This document shows, one piece after another, positions 38,601 through 49,600 of a stretch of 54,401 nt of DNA. The DNA lies in contig JAGGYF010000002.1 of the NCBI GenBank assembly GCA_021162685.1, forward strand, positions 1-54,401, given 5' to 3'. The stretch is from Candidatus Iainarchaeum sp. Lineage in GTDB: Archaea; B1Sed10-29; WALL01. Position numbers and translations under genes: made by a program. The notes below the pieces were generated by a model, which searched no databases, had not been told where the DNA came from, and saw only the letters and a program-made list of their open reading frames with translations. The first letter of the stretch is position 1, and each line of letters starts with the position of its first letter.

Positions 38601-41600
38601 GTGATTTACAGTCGCCCGCGATGTCTGGGAAACATGCCCTTGTTGTAGTAAATCCTGGAACAATTGCCCATTCACATCCTTCTACAGATTCGCATACCTG
38701 TTCGTTGGCATTTCCTCCAGAACAATCAGGTCCATTACAGTCGCCAGGACAGTTAAAGTGGTCTTCTCCTGCACTTGGTTCGCAGGTGCCATTGTAGTTA
38801 CATACACATTCCCCTAGGATCCTACTCTGGCCTGCTCCACATAGTGATTCATCAAATTCCATACATGGATTACTCAAACCAGTATGCCAGTTCTCTCCCA
38901 GGCTTGATAAACAAGAGTTATCTCCGAACCCACAATCCTTGTAACAGTTGTCTATTGTTTCTCCTGCTGAAGCATTACAGCAGTAGTCTCCACATGTACA
39001 ATCATATGTGTTCTGTATGCTTCCGTTCTCATCTCTGTACATACATCCAAACCATGACTCTCCTGCATCACATACTCCATCGCCATTACATGGAGAACAA
39101 TCCTGTGGGCATGTTGAATAGTTCTCTGGTGGGTTGCCATTTGGCTCACATAATCCATTTCCGCATGTACAATTGTCTGTAACATTTCCTGTTACCACTC
39201 CAGCAGTTTCATCTATGTATGTACATGCTGTATAGCTCTCTCCAGCCCACCACTCGCATGTACCGTTTTTATCACACGTTCCAGCACAATCCTGTGGACA
39301 CGATGTATAGTTCTCACCTATTGTCCCCTGACAGATGCCATTCCCACAACCACAATCTGATGGACAGGTTGTTGCATTTTCAGTTGCAGGGTCACATACT
39401 CCATCTCCACAATAGCAGTCTGTTGTGCCTGCTTCTGTTGCTAGGTCACATATCCCATCTCCAAGATGACAATCATTTGGACACCAGCGTTTATCTTCAC
39501 CAGGGTCGCAGACACCGTCATTATCGCATGGACAATCTGATGGACAGTTGTTCGCATCCTCATCTGCCCATCTGTCATTTGTTTCACAGATACCATTGTA
39601 GTTGCATGGTTGGACAAGTTCAGAACAATCGCTTACTGGGCAGTCCTGGCATGAACCCTCTGCTTTTTCAACTGCTTCTATGTTCAAAATAATACTCTTG
39701 CAATCCATGTCATTTGTTCCCTCTACGTTATCATCAATGATTGTCGCTCCGCTGAAATTTAGATGCCCATTGCTCCAGAGGTAATAGTTGGCACATACAG
39801 TTAACTCAACATATCCAATGTTTGTATTGTTCAAAACCAAGCCAACAACTGTGCTTTCGCCTGGATTTAATGGTGGTAGGTAATCCCATTCATCTGGGAA
39901 ACTGACCAAGGAGGTAGGTATTGCAGTTATCGTCACTATTGGTTCAAGTTCATTTTTTCCATCACTATCATAGTCAAGGATTGGCACAGTTTCTGTTCCA
40001 GCATTTCTCACGGTTGCGTTTACATATATTGTGTCACCTTCGTGAGGTGTCATAGGCGATACAGTAATCTGCGTAATTTGTATATTTGGCAATGCGACAA
40101 CATGCGCTATCTGGTAATCTGAATAGTTGAGAGACTGGTTCTTTTCCTCATCATTGAGAGACTGGTTCTTTTCCTCATCATACAATCTAACAGCAACCTC
40201 AATCCTGTATTCGCCTGTTTCTTCAGGTATCCAAGAGAATGCAAATCTGTGGTTTGCAATGGTGAAATCTCCCTTATAGTATGCATTTGCATTTATATCA
40301 TACATCTCACTTGTTTCATTATACTTCCATATCTGCATCTCATAATCATCTGGAGATGCATCATCGTCCAGCATAATGCTTCCAGATACAATGCCCTGCT
40401 TCTGAACTGTGAATGTGTTTGCAGAATCAATCTCAACAGGTAGTGTCAACTCATAGAATTTTGCCCATGGCTGCTCAACTGCATGCTCGTCAACTAGTGC
40501 AAAGTTTATCTGCTTATCAAAATCATTGTTGTTCTCAAACTCAACAACTGTCGCAAACCTTCTTCCCTTTATCTCTCCCTGCTCTGGCACTGTGATACTT
40601 GGTACAGTGTACTTTGTATGGTCAAAGTATCTTCCCTCTTCAAACATGTATGATGCAGTATAAACCCTTCCCAAAACATTTGATATTGGTGTCTGTTGCG
40701 ATTCTGGGATCTCCAGTACTGTGTACGGCAACACAAATCCAGACTGGTCATTAAACAATACCAGCCAGTCATTGTATTCTGGCCTCAATGTTGTTGTTGG
40801 TTCTCCCTCTTTGTAAACCTTCATCTTTACTGCTAGTTGTAATTCGTCATCTGCTTCAAGTTTATAGAAATTAGCAAGTTTTGGATTATCTGCTACAGGA
40901 TCTATCCTCGTAGTATCTGCTATGCTCTCTGGTTCTTCTATCTTTTGCACGCTTCCATCTGTTCTGACAATTGCACCAGAGTATGTAATTGGATACGAGT
41001 ATCCCTTTGATGATGTTATCTCAATTCCATATGAGCTGGCATCTCTCTTTGCCTTTGCCCTTATCTGTAGGTAGAATGTGCTTCCATCTGCAAATGTCCC
41101 ACCATCAACCACATGCTGTCCTGCTTTGTCTGTTGAGAGCCATGCACTATAAAGATAGAAGTCTGGATGCGTATCAATATAATGCCAGCCCTGTGTCTGT
41201 GTTGTATCAATTGTTATTGGTACGTGCACCCATGCATTATCCGGCTGTGTGGTGAATACTTTTCCATCGTTTGTTACCCATTTCGCTCTGTAATGCAATT
41301 CTGTATCTGGTGTAAGTACTGCAGTTCTCACGTGCAAGGGTATTGGTATATTGAAGATCACAGGTTTGTTATACTTTGTTATATCTATCTTGAAATACTT
41401 TGCAGCACTTATGCTTCCTGCCTCTTCATATGATAGAGGTGTTGAATAACTAAATTCTGTTGCCAAGAGGGGTCCAGAGACTGTTGGATCCTCTAAGCTA
41501 TAATCCTTTGGCCTCACACTCTTTATGATTATTGGGCTGGCTTCAATATCAGAGACTGAGCCCTGGTCACCAACCCAGAACTCTACCTCTGCGCTTCTAA

Positions 41601-43560
41601 ATGTCTCGTGTGTTTGTGGGTCAAAATAAGGAAGATGCAGGCTTATTGTAGCAACAAAATCCTGCCCCTGCACAACACTGCTTGGTGCGCTCAGCGTTGC
41701 TGTTTGCGTCATTTTTGTTAGGTCCAAATCAAATGCATCATCCCCAATCATGTCATTTCTCACTGTAAATGGTGCAGATACTAGTGGTCCGTACTGTGTT
41801 CCATCATCAGCAGTGTACTGGCCCTTGAGATAGATCTCAGAGTTCTTTGGCACTTGGAATTCTATCTGTCTGTTCTCTCCACTTGTGCCTGAGAATATTA
41901 GTTCTGGGAAGTTCTTTGCATACGTCACATCATAAACATCTACTTGTACGCCTTTCATCCTGTTCTTTGTGCCATCAACAACAACATTTGTTTTAACTTG
42001 GACTGTTTTGTATTCTGGAGCAATCTCCATCCTCACGTTTTCAGTTTCTCCTGGTTCTAATGTAATTACATCACTTGATTGGCCATCCTCTGTCTGTATA
42101 TAGTATTTGCCTACTGGGATTCTTCCGAACTGGCATTGCCCAGAGGAAGGGGTAACACAGCTGCTGTATTCCTTTCCATCAGATCCCATCAAGCTGAGTT
42201 TTATTCCTCCTAATGGCTCTCCTATCCCCTCTTTGTTATATGCAGTAACAACTATGAACCCAGAGTTTGAGTCATCAAGTGGCGTAAGCTTAAACTCAGC
42301 AGGCTCTCCTCCAACAATTGTATCAGATACCATCATATAATTCGGCTTTCTTATCTCAATATCATACGTTTTCTTCTCAAGTACTGTTGTCGCTGTTCCA
42401 TCACTTCCTGTTAGCATATACTGAACAATTGCTCCATCATCTATTATTGAGACCTCAGCATTTGGTATGCGCGTATTATCCTTCTCATTCTCAACAGTAA
42501 TTGTGGTTGGAAAACCTTCCTGCATAACAATGGTTATGGTCTTGTCAGATGTTGCAATCTGCTTCACATTACTGATATATGTTCTATACTTATTGTACTG
42601 GTTGTCCTCTGCTTTTATGTAAAATTCAACATTCTTTGGGATAACTAGCCTTGCCACACCATCCAGGTCAGTCTGCGTTGTTGTCACAACATTTGAATAC
42701 TCCAAACTTAGGAGTTCTCCTGTCCTTCTAACAGCAGAAACCTGTATGCCTGGTAGTGGCTCTCCTCCTGCTGTGACAATAACATTGAATGTGTATACAA
42801 CATCTGCCTGAGGTGTTACATACTCATCTGGCTTCGGTTGAACACTTTTCAGTGTTATGCTTCCTGTGTCATGTATCTCCTGCAATGCCTGCTCCATTGT
42901 TGCTGTATACGTATAATCATTACAATCTATTACAACAATCTGGCCTCTTTCTGGGCAGTTCTGGTCTGAGTATGACATATACAACTTGTTTCCGCTTATC
43001 TGCCATCCCATATCAACGGGGTTGTATGCACTATCATAAGTTTTTAGCACACACCCCCTTGGAAAGCCACCATCTGGCGTTGCTAAAACTGCTTGGTCCA
43101 AATCCTTTGCTAACTCAATGCATCCGGCTACGGGTGGGGCTTTTTTACATATTATATCAATCTCAATACTGGATGCACCAGTGAGCGTGACCAGCTCCTG
43201 CGCCTTCTCACATGCTTCCTTCATCACCTCTATAGTAAATTCTTTCCCAACAGGAAGTTCAAATGTTGCAACACCTTCCTCATCTGTCTCTACTTTTGCG
43301 AGTTCTTCTCCATCAAATAACGCAGCGACCTGTGCATTCTCTATGGCCTCTCCGTTGCTCACTACCTTTACAGTTAGTGTTGCCTTTCCTGCCGGAAGGA
43401 GCATGAACCCAACTAGTGCCAGAATAATAACTAAAACACCAATAACAACGGGCATGCTCGGGATACCAGCATTTTCAAGTGGGTCAATTATTGCCCTTAT
43501 AGGAATGCCCTTTGCGTCAAGGGCATCAATTAGTTTATACCATTTGTCTTCAAGCCCCAT
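32665..43560 (-). CDS. Giant membrane-anchored surface protein, 3631 aa (carboxypeptidase-regulatory-like repeats, CARDB-like, Cys-rich repeats, PKD, CBM-like, FN3)
   Basis: Uninterrupted ORF with GAGGTG RBS; N-terminal leader plus TM; TDxxGxA repeats; PNIQITQI...VNATVRNAG; CGNGxC repeats; PVADAG...DASDSYDPDG; LTWGPV...YTYKVKACN. Domain names come from motif recognition only. Confidence 0.88.
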   Translation of the reverse strand: MGLEDKWYKLIDALDAKGIPIRAIIDPLENAGIPSMPVVIGVLVIILALVGFMLLPAGKATLTVKVVSNGEAIENAQVAALFDGEELAKVETDEEGVATFELPVGKEFTIEVMKEACEKAQELVTLTGASSIEIDIICKKAPPVAGCIELAKDLDQAVLATPDGGFPRGCVLKTYDSAYNPVDMGWQISGNKLYMSYSDQNCPERGQIVVIDCNDYTYTATMEQALQEIHDTGSITLKSVQPKPDEYVTPQADVVYTFNVIVTAGGEPLPGIQVSAVRRTGELLSLEYSNVVTTTQTDLDGVARLVIPKNVEFYIKAEDNQYNKYRTYISNVKQIATSDKTITIVMQEGFPTTITVENEKDNTRIPNAEVSIIDDGAIVQYMLTGSDGTATTVLEKKTYDIEIRKPNYMMVSDTIVGGEPAEFKLTPLDDSNSGFIVVTAYNKEGIGEPLGGIKLSLMGSDGKEYSSCVTPSSGQCQFGRIPVGKYYIQTEDGQSSDVITLEPGETENVRMEIAPEYKTVQVKTNVVVDGTKNRMKGVQVDVYDVTYAKNFPELIFSGTSGENRQIEFQVPKNSEIYLKGQYTADDGTQYGPLVSAPFTVRNDMIGDDAFDLDLTKMTQTATLSAPSSVVQGQDFVATISLHLPYFDPQTHETFRSAEVEFWVGDQGSVSDIEASPIIIKSVRPKDYSLEDPTVSGPLLATEFSYSTPLSYEEAGSISAAKYFKIDITKYNKPVIFNIPIPLHVRTAVLTPDTELHYRAKWVTNDGKVFTTQPDNAWVHVPITIDTTQTQGWHYIDTHPDFYLYSAWLSTDKAGQHVVDGGTFADGSTFYLQIRAKAKRDASSYGIEITSSKGYSYPITYSGAIVRTDGSVQKIEEPESIADTTRIDPVADNPKLANFYKLEADDELQLAVKMKVYKEGEPTTTLRPEYNDWLVLFNDQSGFVLPYTVLEIPESQQTPISNVLGRVYTASYMFEEGRYFDHTKYTVPSITVPEQGEIKGRRFATVVEFENNNDFDKQINFALVDEHAVEQPWAKFYELTLPVEIDSANTFTVQKQGIVSGSIMLDDDASPDDYEMQIWKYNETSEMYDINANAYYKGDFTIANHRFAFSWIPEETGEYRIEVAVRLYDEEKNQSLNDEEKNQSLNYSDYQIAHVVALPNIQITQITVSPMTPHEGDTIYVNATVRNAGTETVPILDYDSDGKNELEPIVTITAIPTSLVSFPDEWDYLPPLNPGESTVVGLVLNNTNIGYVELTVCANYYLWSNGHLNFSGATIIDDNVEGTNDMDCKSIILNIEAVEKAEGSCQDCPVSDCSELVQPCNYNGICETNDRWADEDANNCPSDCPCDNDGVCDPGEDKRWCPNDCHLGDGICDLATEAGTTDCYCGDGVCDPATENATTCPSDCGCGNGICQGTIGENYTSCPQDCAGTCDKNGTCEWWAGESYTACTYIDETAGVVTGNVTDNCTCGNGLCEPNGNPPENYSTCPQDCSPCNGDGVCDAGESWFGCMYRDENGSIQNTYDCTCGDYCCNASAGETIDNCYKDCGFGDNSCLSSLGENWHTGLSNPCMEFDESLCGAGQSRILGECVCNYNGTCEPSAGEDHFNCPGDCNGPDCSGGNANEQVCESVEGCEWAIVPGFTTTRACFPDIAGDCKSQTDERLCRMDPDCEWISDIIDIGVDSITLRNSKGEQTDTFTYGIGDTVSIEAVIKNYNTEKYTKQNVSVYSIVLDEQGAPYGPPQWLGMAKIDKDSAVRTTDFGTLNYSVNKLGAGTKTVWVCALFNYTSSISRIPNRFIQDVGSHANCKSATFEIVPQEEEETGYAGEEYTPITAEMLGYTSESGPHFGKLKNATNIRELVENDPMKAAEALAAVPRNDEPTMVRARWNALTIPANGKKWVAAVGKGIFVTGDSDFTKQTSTMEAYMWDYGEDEPTTTWEGGTFKHGWVDYDMILQGFDSEGNEALDTTTKVLVLSIIKRDADHPTGQVMGYGAVHDEKGRNNVVYISGDALNFDSDDIPAGYVSTCTNESCEMWLKNFAEQPYFEFVLPTKEGGALKPGTITVKAIGYEFGPFTRNFSVGGILFDGITEPVTWNFTEAYGNEEHPQMNQTIKVYNYWPEPVTFEKPYFSPSWVVRNYGIDINVKAIYNEFGREIPIEEGATEWEIPGKPADVSSAPYAEIVIKGAPDMEKCSGYYKPSLWFDFTSPEFRRAFFFELDCPGAAEKVTTPGEYEVYRYRNAPEDIDRGVEAPCSIEDGVVRVCDAEQFTMAVLKDALNAGPNTEYRYAVGNEKITATTMEKIRQELGFAGFSAIYPIGEFENTANKELWVRGTDIGCGIVTVKFEPNNEDVVIEPSTDRSISLADGSAPVILPIKPSTDRDVLRRSPTDKRVLSVSSTNRCLSWCDEGNYSFVIGAMNLDKDMRAELGDYVNYYAFKQDEGYDITPFINAIDAAKVKGFINVDSRDIFGYSEDIVSDGSQNYDERGFGIKYRDYYIEELVADKYNYITDSIDKSKGVFGYYTLKKGPGAIGVDIEIGLVYTDRYYNVHPEELNVYRQALASELVRYWTYNNSTDISENKEQVFNITTETVGVKPVADAGLDLVTQAGQTVTLDASDSYDPDGTITKYIWNISQTTRIEAEEYDVRGSAKIIGDNAASGKLKIRLSSNALIDDFEDGNTDGWRTYEIDCNSGNTGCTSTTVSSDAVQSGSIQGRYVFKTDYEFSHKANEFLEIVDTLSTPIPDAATRIGFWFKADHKDNMLRIRYVDANGEIWQPSLKIDWTGWKWVEFPLDGTNPGGGNAGHWGGDGIVERPLKFRSIIFDDTLEGGSPDWGEQTDTHNPVTGSVYFDEVTMIGTIGVTYKIITTGNPKPSMSMKVKELSGPTLLKVNVDGQEVANKTVTKSNEWQTIEFGKLPVALADGEHHIGITTNNTIFIDYIDLDTEVTTTESESEQTQYTIPSRGTFKAELTVIDNDGMKSDPNDKMIYATTMADLDIEQASVKGHSELLDVSLKIKNGGASGGRGVIAFYTGEGSCENVTNKGQMLYAVSTGWIDANQEKTLELTGAVPYTATHAVLMGSGVQGIKCSPLYANIFMNDNPKDLATPRWLGGNDLNDGLNKWLYVDTDKITGDSAALWVYGKCVQGEPVISGRFRCYKDMKHWKWMGKSYANAKGCCKSKSSGGICPDNSVCELNVSGIDYYSTEDINQVIKNKGKIEDKGRAPYEDVNYLVVNDNPDQNITFHWCTVFGYDRTPRWVSFDIPKDWLVTGENKFRFYDTGAYTRNNWYVAFDRTKHDNPSTGYCSDCWMWGVDAGYSSYDDSAIIQAKEGTRTNPQRGFVRYWKDHIHDGQEAYIRLTDGPGQIKQKSLEERVPKKTASKKDVFVCRYEPQGQGGQQRGGSGGSQCESVPKKVGSISFSVEKDSQGEERVVLTWGPVDCAFDYKVYRKPDKDGNNNFGQVASTGTARSVDIFSDPAKTYTYKVKACNNVGCGDFSDEVVYQGTSGTKQTCEEYAEEKKAILQPDGFVYHECRDIDTTDWEGKVSTINGIIVKYKDECEKDVAGDCSGDKPYCCYPLPAETCTNVGELVSGDPTKCCVDYGYGTEGKGAVAYCNSYNNGKQCGKYVCSSGKWIIQTGGAGQVT
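40127..40180. repeat. Perfect 27-bp tandem duplication (in frame)
   Basis: TTGAGAGACTGGTTCTTTTCCTCATCA x2, giving DEEKNQSLN-DEEKNQSLN. Confidence 0.95.
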
Positions 43561-43630
43561 CTACACACCTCATGCATAGAATTTGCATTGCTACAAATTT
43601 AGGGCGCTTTTATATATATACTTAATGGGT

Positions 43631-46600
43631 TTATTCCAATGTCATTTCTACCTCCATTTTGTCTAGATAATCTGCTTTCGGCCCGACCCACTCACCTTGA
43701 GTTGTCGATGACTCCTGGCATAAGATCTTCTTTATATTCCAATTCCCTGATTTCTCTTTACATTTGGTTTCTTGTGATTTCCAATTACTTACAGAATCCC
43801 ATATAGTGTATAACTCATCTGTAGACGGTGTGATCTTTATATAGAATTTATCCTCTTCTTCTAGCAATTCCTCTCCTCCTTTCCTGAGACAGACTTTCAT
43901 ATATTTTACTGTTAATGCTTCTCCAAATTCAATTGATCTCCATTGGTTACATGTTCCTTCGTTCACTACAGTAATATTGTGTCGCGAATAGCAACCAGAT
44001 TCTGTACTGCTTCCTCCATTTTCCCCTCCCCAAGCCTTTGTGATTGTGTACCATCTACAGTCATCACCAGATGACATAAATCCTTCAATTCCACAATGTT
44101 GCTGATCATTTAATGGACAACAGTCTTTTAATATGCTCGAAACACATATATCAGTAGTTTCCTTACTAGCACTGCAATCTCTCCACTTATTCTGATTATA
44201 CTTTGGTGCTCCGCATACATACATTTTCTTCTTGTCAATTGTCAGCGTCATAGTTGCTGTGTTCCCTACCTTGTCTTCAGCTGTTATTGTGTAGGTATGT
44301 TCCTGGTCGTCGTCTGCAGTGATTTCGATGATCCTTTTCCAACCTTTGTCGTTTCCAGAGAATATAGGCTGTTCATCAAGGTCATGTATTTTTTTTCTCT
44401 CTCCGTTCACTATGACTGCAGAGCCACCGGACACCCATCTTGGACCATCAACTTTAACACCTACAATCATTGTTTCTGAACACTCTTCTTTGTCATCGAA
44501 TTGCATCGGGGGAAGGAATGTGTGACTAGTCCCTAAGTTGTCCAATATCCCGGCGTAGACATCAATGCCCCATATAGTCTGTATGCTAAAGGTATTATCA
44601 GAATCTTCAACATAGTCTTGCTCTATTTTGTTCAAGCCGCCTTTGTATGCAATGTACCTGCCAGAGTCATCTGCGTGGTCCCAAGCATAGCAGCCTGCAT
44701 CACCATATCCTTGTGAGTAATCCATACTTTTCCCTTCCTGCTGGAACGCCAGTTCAAGTACAGGCGGAGTGGTATCTACAACTATATATATGATCCTAGG
44801 TGTTGTCTGTATATTTCCGTTCTCATCAATGGCAGAACAACTTATTTGAAGGTAGTTGAGGCCCTCTGCTACAAGGAACTCATTAGCTGATACCATGGTG
44901 TGGCACTCATATTCCTGTGCGTATGGGTTTCCTTCTATTGGCATGCAGTCTAGTGGTTCTGTGCTTACCTTCCCGTTTGCATCTGTATTTTGTGTGTTAA
45001 CTGCTTGTATTGTGCACCCACTTATTTTATTTGGTGATGTAACATATATTGGAATAACCACATCTGGTGAGTTTACATAGAATGGTCCTGATGTATCTGT
45101 ACACATCATACCTCCTGTTTCCTCTACTACGTGATGCGTTTCTTCAGGATTAAATGGTGCACACACACTTCCGTCTCCTAATATATCGCCTGTTCGTATT
45201 CCTTTGAACTCTCCTAGTATGTAGTTCCACTCTATCATGGGCTGGCCTTCTTCAAGCCTTACCACAGCAATTTTATCTGATGTACCAGTGTTTCCATTTG
45301 TATCTGTACAGTTCACTTTTATCATATTTGCTCCATCTATGTCACAATCATAGTTGTTGTAAACCTGTTTATTCGGCATGAGGTTTATACCAGAGCATTT
45401 AAATTCATATCTTATTGTTCCGTCAGGCATTGTATAGTTGTTTGTTTGGGTGCAAGTGTACTCATTTAAGTCAGTTGGGCAAACCCTGTACGCAGTACAT
45501 GATTCAACACCAAACCTATCTGTTGCATTAAACGAGATTGTTACAGTTGTTTCATTTGTTGCGCCAGGATATACAATGGAGAGGACTGTTGGAGGCGTTG
45601 CATCAAGCTTTATGGATTTTTCAGCTCTTGGACTCCAGATCCCACCTATGTTCTTGCATGTTGCTTTTATTTTGTATACGCCGTCATCACTACCGCCTAG
45701 GGTCCAGTTTGCGATCCTCAATGTGTTTCCTTCCCAGTCCGATGTTTCTTTGTTATATTCATTCACACGTTCAAAACTCCAATATGAACCTTCGTCTTCT
45801 GCATTCCATACCTTACACGCGATTGCGTCATCAGATGTTGTTATCCTTAGCTGAACATTTCTGTTCCCTGTGACATTTGCATCATATATGGGTGATTCCA
45901 ATAGGTTTCCGTCACGGTCATAGATTGCATCTATTACAAATGATTCTATTGTGGGTATTTCCCAGCCCTCTGCTTCTATGCATTCGCCCAGATCAAATAC
46001 CTGCTCCCCATTGCCTTTGATCTCAATATTATTTTCTTTTCCAGTCCAGAATGCAACAAGATTCGTTATAAAGCATCTTCTCTGGAAATCCAGGTTGTCT
46101 GCATTGGAATATACAATGCCTATCTGGAGCAGCCCATAATCTGCATTATATCTATAATACCCAGCAACGTTTGGCAATTGATTTGATACTGCCTTATCCC
46201 TGACCCATCTCAGTTTTTGGTCCGTTTCTTCCTTCATATCTTCTATAGTATATTCTCTATAATCTATCACAAATGGCGCGTATTGGTTATCGCTTATATC
46301 ACTGTCCTTTGCACCGCCAACAAAGTTATCCCAAGGCATAAACCCACTGACTTCTGTTTTCAGTGATGACAACGGCTCATTTGTTAGGGAACTGGAGAAT
46401 GAGAAGTACTTCACGATATCCATTGTAGAGGGTTCCCCTTTGAGGTCGTCATCATAGTTCATCAGTCCAAGTATGTACGGGCCGTACTGTGGGTTGCACC
46501 ATGGTACGTTCCTGTCAATCTCTGGCTCCAAAACAATGACATCGTTCTGCCTCTTTTCCAGCTTTAATTTTACTAATCCACATGTTATATCTTTTGTGAG

Positions 46601-49600
46601 TACTACGTTGTTTTGCCCAGCTTCCTCTTCTGTTGAAACCACACTAATGCTCTCTTCACTTCCCTCACCAAGCACCTTTGCTGTTACAATGTCATTGCCA
46701 AATGCGTAGTATCTCACATCCTCAATTCTATGTGATTGCTGCAGGTCTGAAACAGCAAGCCCTATGGCTTCTGAGAGCTGCTCTGCGTCACATAGGTAAA
46801 CAGTATCATCGGAAACAGCACATGAGTCCATTGTTGTTTTGTAATCCCTCTTATCCTCTCTGAATACATTAAATGCAGTGCCTAGGTCTGGTTTTTCTGG
46901 CTCAGGGCCAAGCGCAAATGAACAATTAAATATCATCTCATATTCTGCGCTCCTCTCTATGTGTGATTCCCTTGTATCTGTTGTCACAACTAATCTGTTT
47001 TTACTTTCATATAGGTTGCATTCTACTCCTGGGGGTATTGCAGTTATTGAGAGTATTGCCTTTCCTCTTGGAGGTATTTTTACAGAAATCTTCCCATCTT
47101 TATCCTTCTCCTTGCTTGTTATTTCAAAACCATTTGCATCATACACAACAACCTTTCTGCTCAATCCAAATTCTTCGTAATACTCCCACGTGCCAGTCTC
47201 TAGTTCTAATGATAACTCTTCCTCCCAGTTGTTTGTCACTGTTGCATAGTCAAATGTTATATTCTGCCTTTTGTCATCAAGTACAAATTTCATAGAATAT
47301 GGCAATGGCTCAAAGTGCGTTCCGTGTATCTCATAGCTCCTTTCAAGTGTTCCAATAGATTTGCTTTGTGCTCTTACCTTCAAGTATCCCCAATCCAATA
47401 CCAAGGGTTGGGACTGCGCTTCTGTTGTGAAGTATGTGCCTTCTACTCCTTCATACAGAGGAGCATATATTGTTTGACCTGGTGCCTCAAGAACAACAAC
47501 ATTTTTTATGCCATCTGTTTCTATCCTGCTAGTTATTGGTACACCTACACTACTGCTCAGTGTTTTCTCTAAGATGTCTATTCTTACGTCCTTCACCTCA
47601 GTGTTCAGTGTTTGTTCGGATAGTGCATTTCCTTCGTCATCTATTGGTGTGATCCTGAACACAAAATCAGCAGCACCAACATTGATTGTCTTGAACGGCT
47701 GTTGCATTGGCAATCCTTTCTTCCATAAATATATAACCACAGATGATGTATGCAGGTCTTTTCCTTTACCTGTTATCTCAATTACTTTTTTCTTTCCAGC
47801 ACCTATTGTCACTTCAGATGGGTATTCCAACTCCTCAATACCAGGTGCCTGAACAAACAATGATGCCTCTTGGTCTATCTCCCCCTTATTCTTCAGTGTG
47901 ATCTCTATCTTCATATCTCTTGCGCCTTTTGTCAGGCTCATGACAGGAAGCATCTCACTTTCATTGAATACTGCCCATGAACAACCCTCTGTATAAGGTG
48001 CATAATGGCATAGGTAAACCATTGGCTTAACCCTGGCAACAACATTTGGTATGCTTGTTTGTTCCTCTATTGGTGCTTCTTCTATATGGAATTTTAGTGT
48101 GTTTTTTAGATCATTGAATATGCTTATCTCAGCAAGGGATGTTGGTTCTCTTGCTTTTAGTGTTATTACTAAATGAACAATATCATCTGTGTCAACCTTA
48201 TACAGTTCTGGTGCCTCTGTTCCAGGTCTTATACTTACTGGCAACTCATTTGTATACTCTGTTTCGTAGATATTCGTTCTGTTCCCATTAATCCTCTCAA
48301 TCCATCCTGAATAATACATAGGCACAACATATTTCTGCCCAGTTACTGGTGGGAATGAATCAATTGCAAATGCATAGTTTTGGCTTTCATGCGATGCAAT
48401 TGCTTTTATGTGCAGGAAGATTGCAGAACCCTGTGTTAACGTAACCTCATTTGTTCCAGACTCAGCATTTGGGTCCTCTGAGAAGTATGCCTTGTATGCG
48501 TTGAAATCCTGAGTTTCAATAATATTCCAATCAGCATCACCATCTACTATATCTATTGTTGTCTCTTTCCACCCACTATCTATCTGTGTTCCATCCTCTT
48601 CTTCCCATACTGCTCTGTAGTGTACTGTTGTGTTCCCTTTCGCAAGTTTCCTAGCAAACATCGGGATTGTTATGGTATAACTGCCAGCATCATAATCGCT
48701 GATTACAAACTTAACGTATTTTGATGTTGTATCTATACTTCCTCTTGTTGGATATGAATCATAACTATATGAGTCAAATGCATATGGCTTTACAATGGGC
48801 TTTGGCTGCAAGCTGAATATGTAAGGGTCTATCCCTCCAATGACAACAGGCGTTCTTAAAGGATTCTCCTTCGTTCCAGGGTCCCCAACCCATAGCTCAA
48901 CAGTTATTGTTTTGTATGGCTCTCTCTTCTTTGGGTCAGCATATGGCAATCCAATATCAAGCTTTGTTTCATACATCTTCTCCTTTACAAATTCTAGTTT
49001 TGGATTTTGTGGCACAGTAAATCCAATTTCATGCTTTACTTCTCTTAGGTTAATTTCCGTTTCAATGTTATTTGTGACATCAAACACGTTTGTGTATGTT
49101 GGTCCATACGTCTTTCCTTCCTCGTCTGTATACTTTGCTTTTAGGAATACCTTTTGTCCTCTGTACGCGTTGAAAACAACTTTCCTATTATCTCCGCTTC
49201 TCTGATTATCTATCTCCTCAATGTCACCATATGTTGTTTCGTATAGCCAAACCCTTACATCCTTTTTTGGTATGCCCTCAACCTTTGTAAGTACTTCTAT
49301 GGTTACTTCAAGTGGTACAATCTTTAGGACCTGTCTTACTGGGGTACCTGGCTCAACATCAAATGTTTCAAATTCGTCATAATCTGCTTTCCCAGGTGCT
49401 AATGCTCTGAAGTAGTATGTTCCAGCAAGAACCTTTTTGAATTGACACAAACCAGTTGCAGGCGTCACGCATTCCCTGTATACTATGTCATCTAGTGTCA
49501 TCAATTGCACTCTAACACCCTGCATGCCCTCCTCAATACCTTTTGCATTTACTGCCTTAACCTCAACAGTTGCAGAATTGCTCTCATCAATCTTCTGCAT

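Noticed and set aside
38555-39660. CRISPR-like periodicity
   Set aside because: The repeats are degenerate, protein-level Cys motifs within an open frame; there is no constant DNA repeat with unique spacers anywhere in the window.
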